Origin: Felis catus
Lineage: Eukaryota
Direction: 5' to 3'
Assembly (NCBI RefSeq): GCF_018350175.1
Contig: NC_058368.1
Span: forward strand, 34,908,001 to 34,972,000
DNA length: 64,000 bases
In this document: positions 12,493-26,417 of the stretch, piece after piece
Layout of the letters: each line of letters begins with the position of its first letter
How positions within the stretch are numbered: position 1 is the first letter of the stretch
Notes under the pieces: model-generated
Databases searched by the model: none
Seen by the model: only the letters and a program-made list of their open reading frames with translations
Told to the model about the DNA's origin: nothing
Made by a program: the position numbers and the translations under genes

Positions 12493-12990
12493 CATATGTC
12501 TACACAAAGATTCCTAAACAAATGTCCGTAGCTGTTTTATTCACAATAGCCAAAATATGGTAAGCAATCCAAATATCCAACATTAGTGAATGGATACGTA
12601 ATATATATCAGTACAGTGAATACTAGACAACAACCAGAAACTACAGACACATAATAGCAAAGTGAATGAACCTCAAAATCATTGTGCAGAGTGAAAGAAG
12701 CCATACCCCAAAAGAACATATTATATGATTCCATTTACATATAAATAGGTGATTGATAGATAGGTAGACATATATAGATATAGATACATAAATTCATAAT
12801 TCCAGAAAGTGAAAATTAATCTCTAGTGACAAAAACCAAATCAGCATTTCCCTGGAGCCATGGTTAGAGGACATCCTGAGGGAGATTAATATGTTTTATA
12901 GTTTCAGTGCAGCAATGATGTGACCAGGGTACATGTGTCAAACTCTTCAAATTGTATACTTTACATGGGAATAGAAAGCATACCTCATGT
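12493..12990 (+). mobile_element. 3' segment of the same old L1 (L1MB/MC-like 3' end)
   Basis: CATATGTCTACACAAAGA...TTCACAATAGCCAAAA...ATGATTCCATTTACAT...GTCAAACTCTTCAAATTGTATACTTT. Confidence 0.8.
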
Positions 12991-13554
12991 TGATAATAAA
13001 CAAAAAGACATACATACATACCTACACAAATACATACATACGTATTAGGAGATGGATCAAATAAAATATGATTTTGATATTATCCTCCTCACTTTGCCTA
13101 ATGAGACTAAAGTTAAGTGTCTCTATCCAGAAATATCTCTACCTTGGTTTTGATCTTTTCTGTTGTTACCTCGTTTTGCATCTTTATTTCCATGTCATTC
13201 ACTGTTTTTTTTTTCCATAACTCCATTACCTAACTTTTAAAAACTGTTGATTTGTTCATAATTGCTTATCTTTAAGACTTTAAGATCAGAGTCAACATTG
13301 TTTCTAAAGTCATAAGGTATACTTTCTCTCTTTGTGTATATATATCACAAAATACTCTATTTCAAGAATGGTATTCTCTGCTAATGTGTAACTTTCAAAA
13401 CATTCATTACTCCTGACAATTGTCAGGAAATGGATTCTCTCATTGCCAATTACAGTCCCAGTATGAGCAATTATATATACACAATGACTTCAATAGGAAG
13501 AGGACAATTTTCAGGTTCAACATTATCTTGTTTTGGTTTAAAAAAAAATCTCTC

Positions 13555-16145
13555 TCTCAAACATCCATTCATGATAAAAACTCAACAAATTAGGCATAGA
13601 AGGAACACATCTCAACATAGTAAATGCTTTATATGATAAGCCCCCAGTTCATATTATTCTCAATGAAGAAAGTTTGAAAGCTTTTCTTCCAAGATCAGGA
13701 ACAAGACAAGGGTGCTCACTCTCACCAATCCTATTCGATACAGTACTGAAAGTTCTAGCCAGAGTAGTCAGGCAAGAAAAAGAAATGAATGACATCAGTA
13801 CTGGAAAGGAAGAAGTACAATGGTCTCTATTTGTGGATAATATGATTTATATATAGATAATCCTAAAGACTCAACAAAAAATTGTTACATCTAATCAATG
13901 AATTAAGTAAAGTTGCAGGATATAAAACTAACATACAAAATCAGTAATGTTTCTATACACTAACAATAAATTTTCCAAAAAAATAAATAAATTGATCTAA
14001 TTAACAATAGCATTAAAAAACAATTTAAGAACTTAGGAATAAATTTAACTAAGGGAATAAAATATCTCTACTCTGAAAACAATAAGACATTAATAAAAGA
14101 AATCAATGAAGACACAAATAAATAGGAAGATATCCCATGTTAATGGTTTTGAATAATAAATATTGTTAAAATGAAATTTTATTAATGAAATCCATTTATA
14201 GATTCAATGAAATCACTGTCAAGATTCCAATGGCATTTTTTATAGAAGTAAAATTTATACAGAACCATAAAAAATCTCCAATAGCCAAAGATATCTTGCG
14301 AAAGAAGAACAAAGCAAGAGCATCACACTTCTTGATTTCAGGCTATTATACAACTATAGTCATCAAAATAGTATAGTACTGGCATAAAAATTGACAAGTA
14401 GACAAATAGAACAGAATTGAGAGCCCAGAAACAAACTTAAACATATGTGGTTGACTAATACTTCACAAGGGATCCAAGAATACTCCAGGGAGGAAAGAGT
14501 CTCTTCAATAAATGATGCTAGGCTAATTGGATATTCACATGTAAAAGAATGAAAATGGACCCATATCTTACAACTCTCCTAAAAATTAACTTGAAATAGA
14601 TTAAAGACTTAAATGTAAGGCTTAAAATCACAAAACTCCTAGAAGAAAACATAAGAATAAAGCTCCTTGGCATGGGTCTTGGTAATAATTTTTTGGATAC
14701 AACTTTGAAAGCATGAGCAACAAAATAAAAAATAAACAAGTGGGATTACATCAAACTAAAAACCTCTTGCAAAGGAAAAAAATCAACAAAGTGAAAAGAC
14801 TATGGAATGGGGAAAAAAAGTATTTTCAAACAATATGTGTGATAAGGATTAATATCCCAAATATATAAAAACTCATACAAATATTAGCAAAAATAATCCA
14901 TAACTATAACCCAATTTATAAACCATAACTAACCCAATTTTAGAAATAGGCAAAGGACCTGAATAGACATTTTTCCAAAGAAGATGTACAAAAGTCAACA
15001 AGTACATGAAAAGATGCTCAACATCACTAGTCATTGGGGAAATGCAAATCAAAACCACAATGAGGTATCATCTCATGACTTTTAGAGTGGCCATTATCAA
15101 AATACAAAAGATAAATGCTGGTGTGGAGAACCTTGTGCATTGTTGGTGGGATTCTATTCGGGTGCAGCCACTATGTTAAACTGTACAAAGGATCCTCAGA
15201 AACTTAAAAATAGAACTACCATGTGATCCAGCAATTCCACTTCTGGGAATATATCCAAAGAGTAGGGGGCAGGGGGGACACTAACTCCAAAAGATTTTTG
15301 CATCCTTACATTCACAGCAGCATTATTTATAATAGCCAAGATATGGAAACAACAAAAGTGTCCATCAATGAATGAATGGATAAAGAAATTATGGTATATA
15401 AATACAATAGAATATTATTCAGACATTAAAAAAGAAAAAACAAGGAAATCCTACCATTTGAACCATCCTACATGGATGGACCTTGAAGGTATTATTCTAA
15501 GTGAAATAAGTCAGAATAAGAAAGACAACTACTGCATGATCTCACTTATATGTGGAATCTGTGTTTACCAGAAGTGGAGGGGGGAGGAAGGGGTTTGGAG
15601 GAACATTATCAAAGAGTACAAACATATAGTTATAAGATAAATAACTAGGGATGGAATGTACAACATGATGACTATAGCTAACACTGTTGTACTATATATG
15701 GAAAAAATTTCTAAAAGATTGCATCCTAAGAGTTCTTGTCACAAGATTTTTTTTCCTTTTTTTCTTTCCTCCTTTGTTTTCTTTTTATTGTCTCTATATG
15801 AGAAGATGGATGTTAGAATATTTTAGTAGTATAATATTTAATTAGTAGTAGTAATCATTTATTTTTTTATATTTTTAAAATTTATTTATTTTTTGTTTTG
15901 TTTTGAGAGAGAGAGAAAGTGTATGAGTGGGGGAAAGGAGCAGAGAGAGAGGGAGAGAATCCTAAGCAGGTTCTACACTCAGTGTGGAGTCCAACATGGG
16001 CTCAATCCCACAACCCTGGGATCATGACCTGAGGCAAAATCAAGAGTCAATTTCTCAACCAACTGAACCACCCAGGTGCCCCTCACAACACATTTAAATG
16101 AAATTTATATAGTAATGTATAACAATGATTTCTCAATTGGAAATT
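13555..16145 (+). mobile_element. 5'-truncated L1 (RT to 3' UTR), L1MA9-like, interrupted by a SINE
   Basis: ORF fragments [21 protein letters not shown] and TWMDLEGIILSEISQ; 3' UTR resumes after the SINE at 16084. Confidence 0.92.
15862..16083 (-). mobile_element. CanSINE nested in the L1 3' UTR
   Basis: Tail, body, head CCCAGGTGCCCC. Confidence 0.92.
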
Positions 16146-17589
16146 TTAATTGAATTGAAAGGCAAAAGTAAAACTCTCTCCCAATGCAGTTATCATAGCT
16201 AAGCTGACAATGGGATAAAAAAGAGTAAAACACGAGACTACCTGCAGCTCCTGGGTCTTACAGTAGCATGCCCTTTTGCAGATATATTGGCATCATAAAA
16301 AGAACCCCTTAAGTGCTAAAAATTCTTTTAAAATCCAAAATTTTCTAACAGTGAGATAAAGTTCTGCATAGTGGAATCCTTGTAACACTTCAATCATTTC
16401 AGCTACAGTCAACCTTCTACTCAATGGGCACATTCAGCTTACAAACTGTATCTTCAGAACACAAATCATTTTGCCAAAATTTCCTAAAAAACTCAGCCAA
16501 ATCAACAACTCAAAGCTACTGTCTCTGTCACCTCAATGAGATTCATTTTCTAATTATTATGGGCCGAATACATAAGTACCTACACTTACAGATACCACAT
16601 GTTTCATTGTACTCTAGAGCTACAAATGCTTTTTAACATATAAAAAGAGAAACAGTAAGTACTTATGGAATGAATGAGTGAATTTCATCCTAAAAAAATA
16701 ATTCTGTGAAAAATTGTCTAACTTCCTTCAGAATCAGAAATGAACTGCAATATATTATGGAGACTGGTATTAATACTCTGACATCACCGTAACAGTTGCC
16801 TCTTTCAACATCACTCTCATGCCTATAAAATCTGACACCTGAAGGGGAAATACATACAAGAAGAAATTTAACTGAGACTGTGTGGGAAATCTAGCTCAAC
16901 CATGACATTTTGAAAATGAGTGTTCAACCTGATTCCTAGCTTTAAAAATTAGGCTGGGTGATTTCCACATTTTCACATAGAGCTGTGGGTCAGTAAATCA
17001 CTTGGAGGGCTACCCCTAATAAATTACATGCAATGCAAATACAGAGATTTGCTCAGGTTAAATTTGGGTGTTTTTTTTCCCAAGTTTCTGATCCTGATAT
17101 TTCATGTATTCTCAAACCCATCTTCCAACGGGGGAAAAAAAATCCACCTATCTGGTCTTCCTCTAAATAGAGCTGGAGCACTTCCATTAGAAATCTATCC
17201 TTATTTCCATCAATTCTCTCAAGATGTTCACCTCTCCCTAACTCAATTATTCCCCTCTTAATTGGCAGCACAAGCTAATTTTATTCTAGAGACTTGCCAG
17301 GGAGTGCAATATATATTAATATCTACTGAGATAAGATATACACGCATTTAGTTGTTCTAAAACTTAATCCTAGATAAAGCCAGACTAATAGAAAGCTCTC
17401 CGTGCACTGGATTACTTTAGAAAAATCAGTAAAACACTGGATTTACTGCTTTACTTTTTGACAGAATCAACCAGACTACTATAATATATTAAATATATAA
17501 AGCCATTCATCAATTTTTAAGAATATTGGTGGATCTATAGAATTGTTTTATTTTCAAACAGAAGTTATTTCTGAAAAATAATATATATT

Positions 17590-17665
17590 GAGGTGCCTGG
17601 GTGGCTCACTCAGTTAAGCATCCAACTCTTGATTTTGGTTCAGGTCATGATCTCATGGTGATGAG
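17590..17665 (+). mobile_element. CanSINE 5' head only
   Basis: GGTGCCTGGGTGGCTCACTCAGTTAAG...GGTCATGATCTCATGGTGATGAG, then unrelated sequence. Confidence 0.85.
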
Positions 17666-17839
17666 AGCATGCCCCTTGTCTAATATGTGCCTCTTGACCC
17701 CACCTTCAAATAATTCTTCTCTTTTGGTCATTATATTTTTAGTATTTTTAATGGAGAAAATATTCACTCTACAGGTGCTTAGTTCCTGGTTAGATCAAAT
17801 CAAATTTTACAAAAAAGGAGGATATTCACAATTCTTTGT

Positions 17840-17867
17840 ATTTTTTCTTTATTTTTTATTAAGTTTA

Positions 17868-17899
<32 letters not shown>

Positions 17900-18062
17900 C
17901 AGCAGGGGAGGGGCAGAAAGAGAGGGAGAGAGAGAATTCCAAGCAGGCTCTGCACTGTCAGCACAGAGCCTGACATGGGGCTCAAACCACAAACCACGAG
18001 TTCATGACCTGAACCAAAACCAAGAGTAGGACACTTAACCAACTGAGCCACCCAGGTGCCCC
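17840..18062 (-). mobile_element. CanSINE
   Basis: Full body; TSD CAATTCTTT(G/A)TAT. Confidence 0.95.
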
Positions 18063-19280
18063 AATTCTTTATATCGTTCATATTGAAATGCATAAATATT
18101 TCAGTCCAAAGACCTTTCAAAAGATTAATTCTCTGTCTCCATTCAAAATCTTTCTTTAATCAATGTTTTTACAAGAAAATGCACATGTGTAAGTTGTTAC
18201 TACCCCTGGTAACTTTGTTTTCCTAAATTTAAATAATGCAAAATCTTAAATTTCATCAATTGTGTTCCACTTTAGTAAGGAATATAAATTTATCCAATTG
18301 AAAAATATAAGCTCCATGAAAAGATTTTTCCCATAGGTAAAAATGCTGCAAATAATATTATAGACTTTCAGAATTAAGTTTTATAGTGTATATGCACTAG
18401 CATAATTTAACACATTTTTTCCTCCTTTTGCATTCACAGGAGTAAATTTCATGGACTTCTAGTTTATAAGACTTTTTCAATAACTACAATTCACTAAATT
18501 TCTAATGTGAAGATTTCAGTATTCCATTTGTTGAACAGTTTGGCCTTTTTTAACAAAATACTACTAAAATAAAAATATATTGTATATTTTGAAAACTACA
18601 GGTTTTATTTGATTGGTGGAATATCACTGTTTTTGAGATGCTTGCACCAAAAGTGATTCCAAGTACATTTATGTACCATAGATTTTTTTTTAAGCTTGTA
18701 TGACAGATTTATAGTTCTATATTGTATTCTACCAACTTGTTTTTTATTTTCATCACATAAAACACACACATTTACTTTTTGGTGGTTAACTTTTTAAATG
18801 AATTTTTAAAAGCATTAATAGTAATGTCAAAGGTTTCACCTTAAATAGAAAGAACATCAAAAGTTTTACACTGATGTCAAGAATTGGAAGAGGAGAAAAA
18901 AATAAACCATTACTAGAATTAATTTATCTTGCTCTTTAAAGTTTCTGATGACACATGTAAAACTAGGCATCCTCTAAATGTTCATTAAGGTTTTCATGTG
19001 CTAATGTAGCCAACACATTAACAGTTATCACTTATGTCACTTTTTCTATGTGCATAAGAAAATTTGGGATAAAAAAAGAGGGAAGTTGGAAGTTCTGCTT
19101 CTGGATGAATTTATTGTATGGAAATAATACCCTAATATAGAAATAAGTGAAATTAAATATAGAAGTCATTTGATCCAAATGAAAGGACATCCTTCACAGT
19201 ATGTCAATATACCTTTTACAGCTTCATGTATTAGCCCATCATCAAAGAGCATGGTCTATTTAAAATAACTGCAGACTTTT

Positions 19281-19530
19281 ATTTTTTTTAATTTGCTTTT
19301 TAAAGTTTACTTATTTTTGAGAGAGAGAGCGAGAGAGAGAGCATGAGCAGGGACAAGCATGAGAGGGAGAGGGAGAAAGAGAGAGAGATAATCCCAAGCA
19401 GGCTCTGCTGTCAGTGGAGGACGCTGACTTGGGGCTCGGCGTGGGGCTGGAGGCCATGAACTGTGAGATCACGACCTAAGCCGAAATTAAAAGTTGGACA
19501 CTTAACTGACTGAGCCACCCAGGAACCCCA
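19281..19530 (-). mobile_element. CanSINE
   Basis: Full body; flanks AACTGCAGACTTTT / AACTGTACACTTTT. Confidence 0.93.
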
Positions 19531-21261
19531 TTAACTGTACACTTTTGAAGTAGACACTGACTCTGCTGCAGCAGATTTGTGTTTCCTGGTTTTTATGTGG
19601 TTTGGGCCCCCACAATGGATAGGAACTTTTGACAAATATCTTGTGCAGATTATACATTCATCTTCAAAGTTCTTTTGAGAATGAGATAGACAGTGGGGCA
19701 GGAATTATTTTTTTATTAACTATATACTTTGCTTCTGTGAGCCCACTTCTGTCAAAAAGTTATACTGCAAGATTAAAACAAACAATAAAACAAATAGATT
19801 TAGATGTACACTATTCCTTTTAAAATTCACTCTAGCAAGAGCATTCATACTGCTCTTTACATTTTCTCTGGCAAGACTGTTTGGACCCTATTTCCAACAT
19901 TTATTTCCAAGGGTTAACAGCTATCCTATTAAATGGGGACCTGGAGGCTTCTTGTGCCTAGCAGCCCACTATGGGGCCACAGTACAACAAGCTATTGTAC
20001 CACATGGCCACCAGGAATAGCGAAGTGGAAAACTAAAGGAGTAAGCTGTTCCTACCCTCCTGTGTGAAGGGACACTTCCCTTTAATAGAGAGCTTGCAAG
20101 CTTATTTTGTTTGGGAGGTGTTAATTATATTTTATCTGATAGAAGTTTGAAAAGGAAATATCAATTATCTTTGACTGTATCAGATTTTATATTAAAGAAT
20201 ATTGTTAATTGCACAAGAATCACCTACAGTAGTAATAGAAACTATGGCAGAAACAGTAAGCAAAAAGTGTCAAGCAAACCAATCTCATGCTTAGTTTAAT
20301 GCAACTATTAATAAAATAGCATTATAAAAGCTAACAAACAAATCTGGAATAGTTCACTACAGGACAGGATGTGGTGTCCGGATAATGGGTATAAGCTGGA
20401 TTCATCTTAGACAAACTGGAATACGGCCACCTGTATTCAACCCAAGGCCCTGATTCTTAGATAACTTATTTTAGAGTTCATATTCTTGATAAGCTCCTCC
20501 CTTAAAAAAAAAAAAAAAGACTCATTGTAACCAGTTTCCCCCAACTTCTACATATGAAATCCAAATCTGCATGGCTTTTCTTTTGCCTTGAAAATTTGAC
20601 AGCACTTATATTAAATAAAATTCCATAAATCTCCATACATTTCATGTTTCAATTGATTTTGACCATTAACATAATAAAAAAGGAAAATTCCTGAGGACAC
20701 TTTTCAGATTTTATATCAATGTTTAGCAAGTTTGCATACATTTATTTTGAAGTCTTGGATGATTATTCAGACATTTTCCATAAATTCCCTTTAGTGTTAT
20801 TAATAATATACTATACATGCTACATCTCTAGGGATTATACGAATATATTCATGTTTTACTATAACTTATCTGAGAGGTTAAATTTTAATTAGAGTCAACT
20901 ACAGTAACTCTCTCGATACTTGAGGATCTTTCCAGAATGCAATTCTCTTCTGGGATTAGGGCCAATAAGAATAAATGTGTGTTAACCCGTGAACACAGAT
21001 CTGCGTTGTTCCTAGCAGCTAGTTGCTATTACATTATGCTTCATTCTATGCCACTGCAGACTAGTGAGATTTCTTTACTCAGTTTTTTTTTTCAAATTTC
21101 ATTACTGAGGTGCACACTTGTTTATGTTCCCAGGATCTATATCCCATCTTCTGACGATAGCTCTGCTGCCGCTCTCAGTAAATATGGTCTGGGGCAAGGA
21201 TAAAGCCCCAGAAGCTTTGTTACCCAGTTTTCTCAAGATAGATGACAAACAGATGATATAT

Positions 21262-21300
21262 TAGGCAGGTAGGTAGGTAGGGTTGGTAGGTAGGCAGGTG
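21262..21300. repeat. Imperfect (GGTA/GGCA)n tetranucleotide repeat
   Basis: Direct read. Confidence 0.8.
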
Positions 21301-23669
21301 GACAGATTTTTTCAACCAGTTTGTAATGACTTTTTGGTCACTTGCAACTGATAAAATTCTAATAATGAGATGGCCATATGGTATGGAAGAATGAATATTT
21401 TACCACATGGTCCTTATTTTAATGTAATATGACTCTGCCTTTGGGAGAAGAGCAGGATGACAAATGTAAAAAACAGTAAACTTTGTTTTAAGTAATGCTC
21501 ATGATGCTTTAACTCAAAACGCAAGCACACTTTATTTGCATTTGTCCCAATGTATATTAATTTCCCCATTAGATTCAAAGAAAGAGTAGTATTTTCATAA
21601 TACACTTCCAAACACTGGCATTCAGACACCCAAAGAATGGTTATGACCAAGTCAATGTTTCCTTATAACTTAAGAGCTGACTACCAAACAGGTGATTTCA
21701 TCCGCATTACAGACATCAGGCTGTTAATATGAAAACATAATCTGCTGTTTATTTGTTGGCTTATTTTTAATTTCACATGCCAGAGACACTCTACATGTTC
21801 TTCCCCCATGCCCACAACTCCCATCGTGATAAATAAATCGGAATTTGGTAATCATATTTTTCCAAATGAACAGAAAACAGTATAAAATCACAGCAGAATC
21901 AGAGTGCATGCAAAAAGCAGACGAGCCATTGCAGTTCATGTAGTTTGTGCACAGGAATCTATTTTACAGCCTGAACTAAAGCACATCCAGTATTTCTGTT
22001 ATGAAATTGCCTTGATTTCTCACATCTCTAAGGACTATTAAATAAGATTTCCCACCTTGACATAAGTAGAATAAACCATCTGGTTCAGATGATGGGGCTG
22101 TGCGTGGAGGAGTGGCAGCAGCCTTTGTTTATACAATAGATCTAACTAAGGGGTTATAAAGGCAGAAATTGTCTGTAAAAATAATTTAGTTTATAAGATG
22201 AATTGATTGAACTGATTTAAAAAACGTGGGAGAGATCTCCTGCAAAGCACAGGTTATGGGGAAATTTGGCACTATTGACTGGGAAAGGAGAACATCAGAA
22301 ATTTAAAAGGAAGAAAAGTTGTATGTTTCAGAAAGAATAGTCCCAAAGAAAGGACTGCTTGCCTGTACTTTAAAAGCATTGTGGTGTTTAACATTTTCCT
22401 TCTGTAGTTGGTATGCCTTATATGTGTCTATTGACATCGACATTGTCTGTCTCACAATGCAAGTTCTAAAAGGCAAGGGCTGTTCTATAGAGCTTGGCAA
22501 GGAGCCACACAGACATGGACATTTAATAAATGCCCTTTGATCAAAAGACTGGAGGAAAATGGGGATGAAGAAGACTACGTAAGTAAGAAAAAGGAGAAAG
22601 GAAAAAGAAACATTTATTTGTCAGATCAAGGGAATGAAAAATATACCATTTTTTCAATTTCACCAAACTAATGTTCAAATCATCCTGAAGTGTCGCTTTC
22701 TTTGTTTTGTAAAAACAACTTATATAGGTAATGATAGTGTTGTTAAAAATCATCATCCACCTAAGAACTATGCAGACCCAAAATCAATGACGAAGGAGAA
22801 TCTTAACACTATCAGTAGGTGCTCCTTCCATTTGGCCCTGAGAGTACTGCGGTGGTTTTATGTACTGACATATGTGTTGGATGAATTCCTCAGTTTTGAT
22901 AATCACAAATATCAATATTGGCTCACTGACAAGCTCACCACGTAATATTTAGCTGCCAGTAAAGATGACCCACATTCTAGATTTTTGTCAGGGCATAGAA
23001 TTTAAACTTACTGGGGCAAGGATATCAAGAGTTGGTCAAGAGAAAACAGTATTTAGGAAGAATTGCCTCAAGATGATATAATCTATTTCTTTAGATACTA
23101 TGATGATACCAATGTCTTTATATTCAACTCTTCAGACAGTTGCACATCTGAAATCTATTATTTTGAGGCCCCAAAGAACTAGTTTGATTAAATGGTGATT
23201 TGGCAGAATTCCATTAACCTTATATTGAGTGACATTATAAGAAATAGCCTTGTGCAATCCAAAGTTCTGTTTACCAGAATATGTGGCTGAGAAGTTCTTT
23301 TCATTAGGCTGTAGTTTACTCTTTGGGAGGAACTTAGAAAAAAATAGTTTGTTTTATCTTACAGACATTATGAATCATCCACTTACCCTATTTTCTCTTC
23401 TAATTCACTACCAGAGAGGTTAAAATCAAACTGTGACCAAACTTTTTGTGTTCTCTCCTCATTTCTACCCTGGTGACCTCTTTGTAACGTGTTTCCACTT
23501 TGTTTTGGCCCAGGTCTTTCGGACTCCAATACAGTATCTATTTAAAAAGCTCATGGGAAGCCTTTCAACATAAAATTTAAGTTATGTGCTTTTTAGTTAA
23601 AGAAGGAGCTGAAAGAATAGTAGTTCATTCCTCAGAGACACAGACCACCTTATCCTTTCCCTATGGTAA

Positions 23670-23860
23670 TCCCAACAGCACGAAATTATTGCCAAATGTG
23701 TAATTACATCTTGAATGTGTCAATAGTGATATAAGCATAGAAGGAGATGATTCTATTATACTCTGAACTGGTTGTGCCACATCTTACACACATTTGGATA
23801 CATATACTCTAAGAAGGAATCTGGAACACCAAAGTGTTCACAGAAAATGGTAAGCAAGCA
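23670..23860 (+). mobile_element. L3/CR1 LINE relic
   Basis: GCCAAA...ATCTTGAATGTGTCAATAG...GGAGATGAT...TACTCTGAACTGGT...CCACATCT follows the recalled CR1 ORF2 C-terminal consensus. Confidence 0.55.
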
Positions 23861-23954
23861 ATTCATATGAAATACACTATAAAAATAGACTATATTTAAC
23901 CTATTTAATACACTGCAAAAATAGACTATATTTTACCTATTTAAGAAAACTGCT

Positions 23955-24491
23955 ACCTCACTTAATAAAATTTTATTGTGCGATAAGCACCCACAAAACC
24001 TAGTGGCATACTGCAATGAACATGATTTTAGTCCTGAATCTATGATTAGGCTGAATGGTTCTGCTATCTTAAGCAGGTCTTGATGTGGTCTACCCATGTG
24101 ACTGTGTTCAACTGTGGGTTGACTAGGCAGCTCTGCTTATCTTGGCTGGCATTTCTCCCGTATCTTTTGGCTCAGCTAGATCAACTAGCAGCTGGCTGAC
24201 TATCCTGTCTATCTTCTGAGAGGTCAGTCAAGGCATGCCATCATGGCAAAGGCACAGGAGCAAGAGACAAAATGAAAGCCTGAGAGGCCACTTGACATTT
24301 GGGCTTAGAACTGGCACAAGGTCATTTTTGCTACACTCTATTGGTTAACTCAAATCACAAGGCCACTCAAATACAAAAAGCAGGGTAACAGACTCAATTT
24401 GATGGGAGGTACAGTAAAGTCACTTTGCAATGAGGATGGGTACAGGAAGACTGGTGGAGAACTGGGGCCATTTTGCAAACATTCTACCACA
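23955..24491 (-). mobile_element. MaLR solo LTR, MLT1F/G/H-like
   Basis: CCACAAAACCTAGTGGC, GGCTTAGAACTGGCACA...CTATTGG, and terminus TCTACCACA (TG start on the minus strand). Confidence 0.8.
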
Positions 24492-24699
24492 AACACTAAG
24501 TGAAAATACAGTGTAGTTCTTCCAATAGTTGTTATCACTCTGTATTCCTCAAAACTATTAAAACTCTAGTTTGGTCTTTTTCAGTTCTCCAATTCTTTGT
24601 ACTCCCCTTTCTTAAATTTCTAGGCACTTAACATTCATGCGCTGTGCTAACTTATCTGAATCCCCCCTATTCAATCATCTCAGCAGAACCAACTATGAT

Positions 24700-25690
24700 A
24701 CCTCAAGAAAATTAATCATGTTATTTGAAACTCCACTATTCTCCTCATACCAATATTAACAATCAGGTAACATTCAATATTTGTTCTCCTACTCCCACTC
24801 AAGAAATAAAGAATTTCTATAGCAAAGTTTTGAAGATGACTAAATAGATCCAGTGTCATTTATAATACTATTTCAATTGGGCTTTCACTGCTATATCCTT
24901 TTATTCATCTCTTGATAACACCATTGTTTTATTCCCAAAGCGGCTCTTCCAAGACTTTTCTATATTCTTTAAATGCACCACAGCCCTTATGCTCAACAAT
25001 AGGCCAATGTTCTAATTTACTGAGAAGACTAGTATCATGAAATATGCGCACCATGGTCTCAGCTTATAGCTGTCACCAAACTGTCTGATCTTCTTAAACT
25101 GTTCCTCTCCCATTATTTCTATGTTAAAGAAATAACATTTCTATGTTAGAGAAATCCTCATTTCTAATAAGGATTAACCTCTTTATTTCTTTCTCTGCCA
25201 TTACACGTCCTGGAACTTACATCATCGTTTCTTTTCTCTTCCAGAAACTCTACTGAGAATGCTCCTAGATTAGAATCTATATTAGAATATGCTCATGTCT
25301 CTCTTATATTAAAATGCCAAACCAAAAACTTTCCTTTTCAGGCTCATCTGATGCTTTTCCCAGGGGTTTGTATCACTAATTTCAAATAATCATTCTGTGG
25401 ATACAAATTTACTACCGTGTTTCTTAATCCCTTACTGGGTAACTTCTTCCTCCACCTCAAACCAAGAACTGAACCAAGGTTCTGTGACTTTCTGATGGTT
25501 CATGAAGTGCTATTATTTGCTCTTTGTATGGTTTATCCTTGACATTTACTGCAGCTATCAATTTTCTCTTACTATATGGAAAATCTAAACATTCTTTCAT
25601 TTGGTAAATCTTCTTATCTTGATTTTCTTTTAACTATGCCGCCTTTGTTTTTTCTCATCCTTCTTTATTGGTCTGTTTTCATTACTCCAC
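24700..25690 (+). mobile_element. Degraded L2 internal fragment
   Basis: CT-rich composition and TTCTAATTTACTGAGAAG motif; very diverged. Confidence 0.35.
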
Positions 25691-25709
25691 ACAAAATAAA
25701 TAATAAATT

Positions 25710-25950
25710 TAGTAATATTTGCTGAACGCCTGCTTTCTACCAGACACTATACTACATGTTTTATATGCATGTCTTTTAACTTCAGACAAACCCTATGAGA
25801 GTATTGTAATAAATATTTCTATATTGCAGATATAAAATTTGAAATTCAGGCTAATTAATTTGGCTAAATTTGCACAGGTTTTATATGGTAATGGTTGGAT
25901 TTAAACTGTCTACATTCAAAGACATTAACCTTAATTACCACTATATTAAG
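25710..25950 (-). mobile_element. MIR, near full length
   Basis: ATTTGCTGAACGCCTGCT...CCAGACACT...AACCCTATGAG...TTGCAGATATAAAATTTGAA. Confidence 0.75.
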
Positions 25951-26324
25951 CCAAAGAATAATGTTGTACATTTGTCTGTCAATATTTTCCCTTTATTTTG
26001 TTAACTTCACTTTTTCTTTTATGTTTCTACTATTTTTTGTAGTCAAGTGCCCGTATTAGGCACTCCAATCCTGACTCCTCTCCTGTCCTGTAGCCTCCTA
26101 AGGTTATCTTCAATTAGCTGTAACTCATTTGTAACATACCTATTCTCTAGTCCTATGTCCATCTGTCCTCTTATCATATATCCTCTGTCAAACTGAGAAT
26201 AAAAGAGATGAATTAGAATTTATTGAATGCCACACACCTTGCCATCATTCTCAGAAATAACGATAGTTACCATTTATCATTTCATGTCTATGAGGTAATG
26301 TGAGAAGCATCCTCCACACAGTAT

Positions 26325-26360
26325 CTTTTTTATTTTATTTTTTAATGTTTATTTATTTTT

Positions 26361-26417
<57 letters not shown>

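Noticed and set aside
18410..18500. Plus-strand acceptor-like site TTTTGCATTCACAG|G
   Set aside because: Stops follow quickly in all frames and there is no convincing donor.
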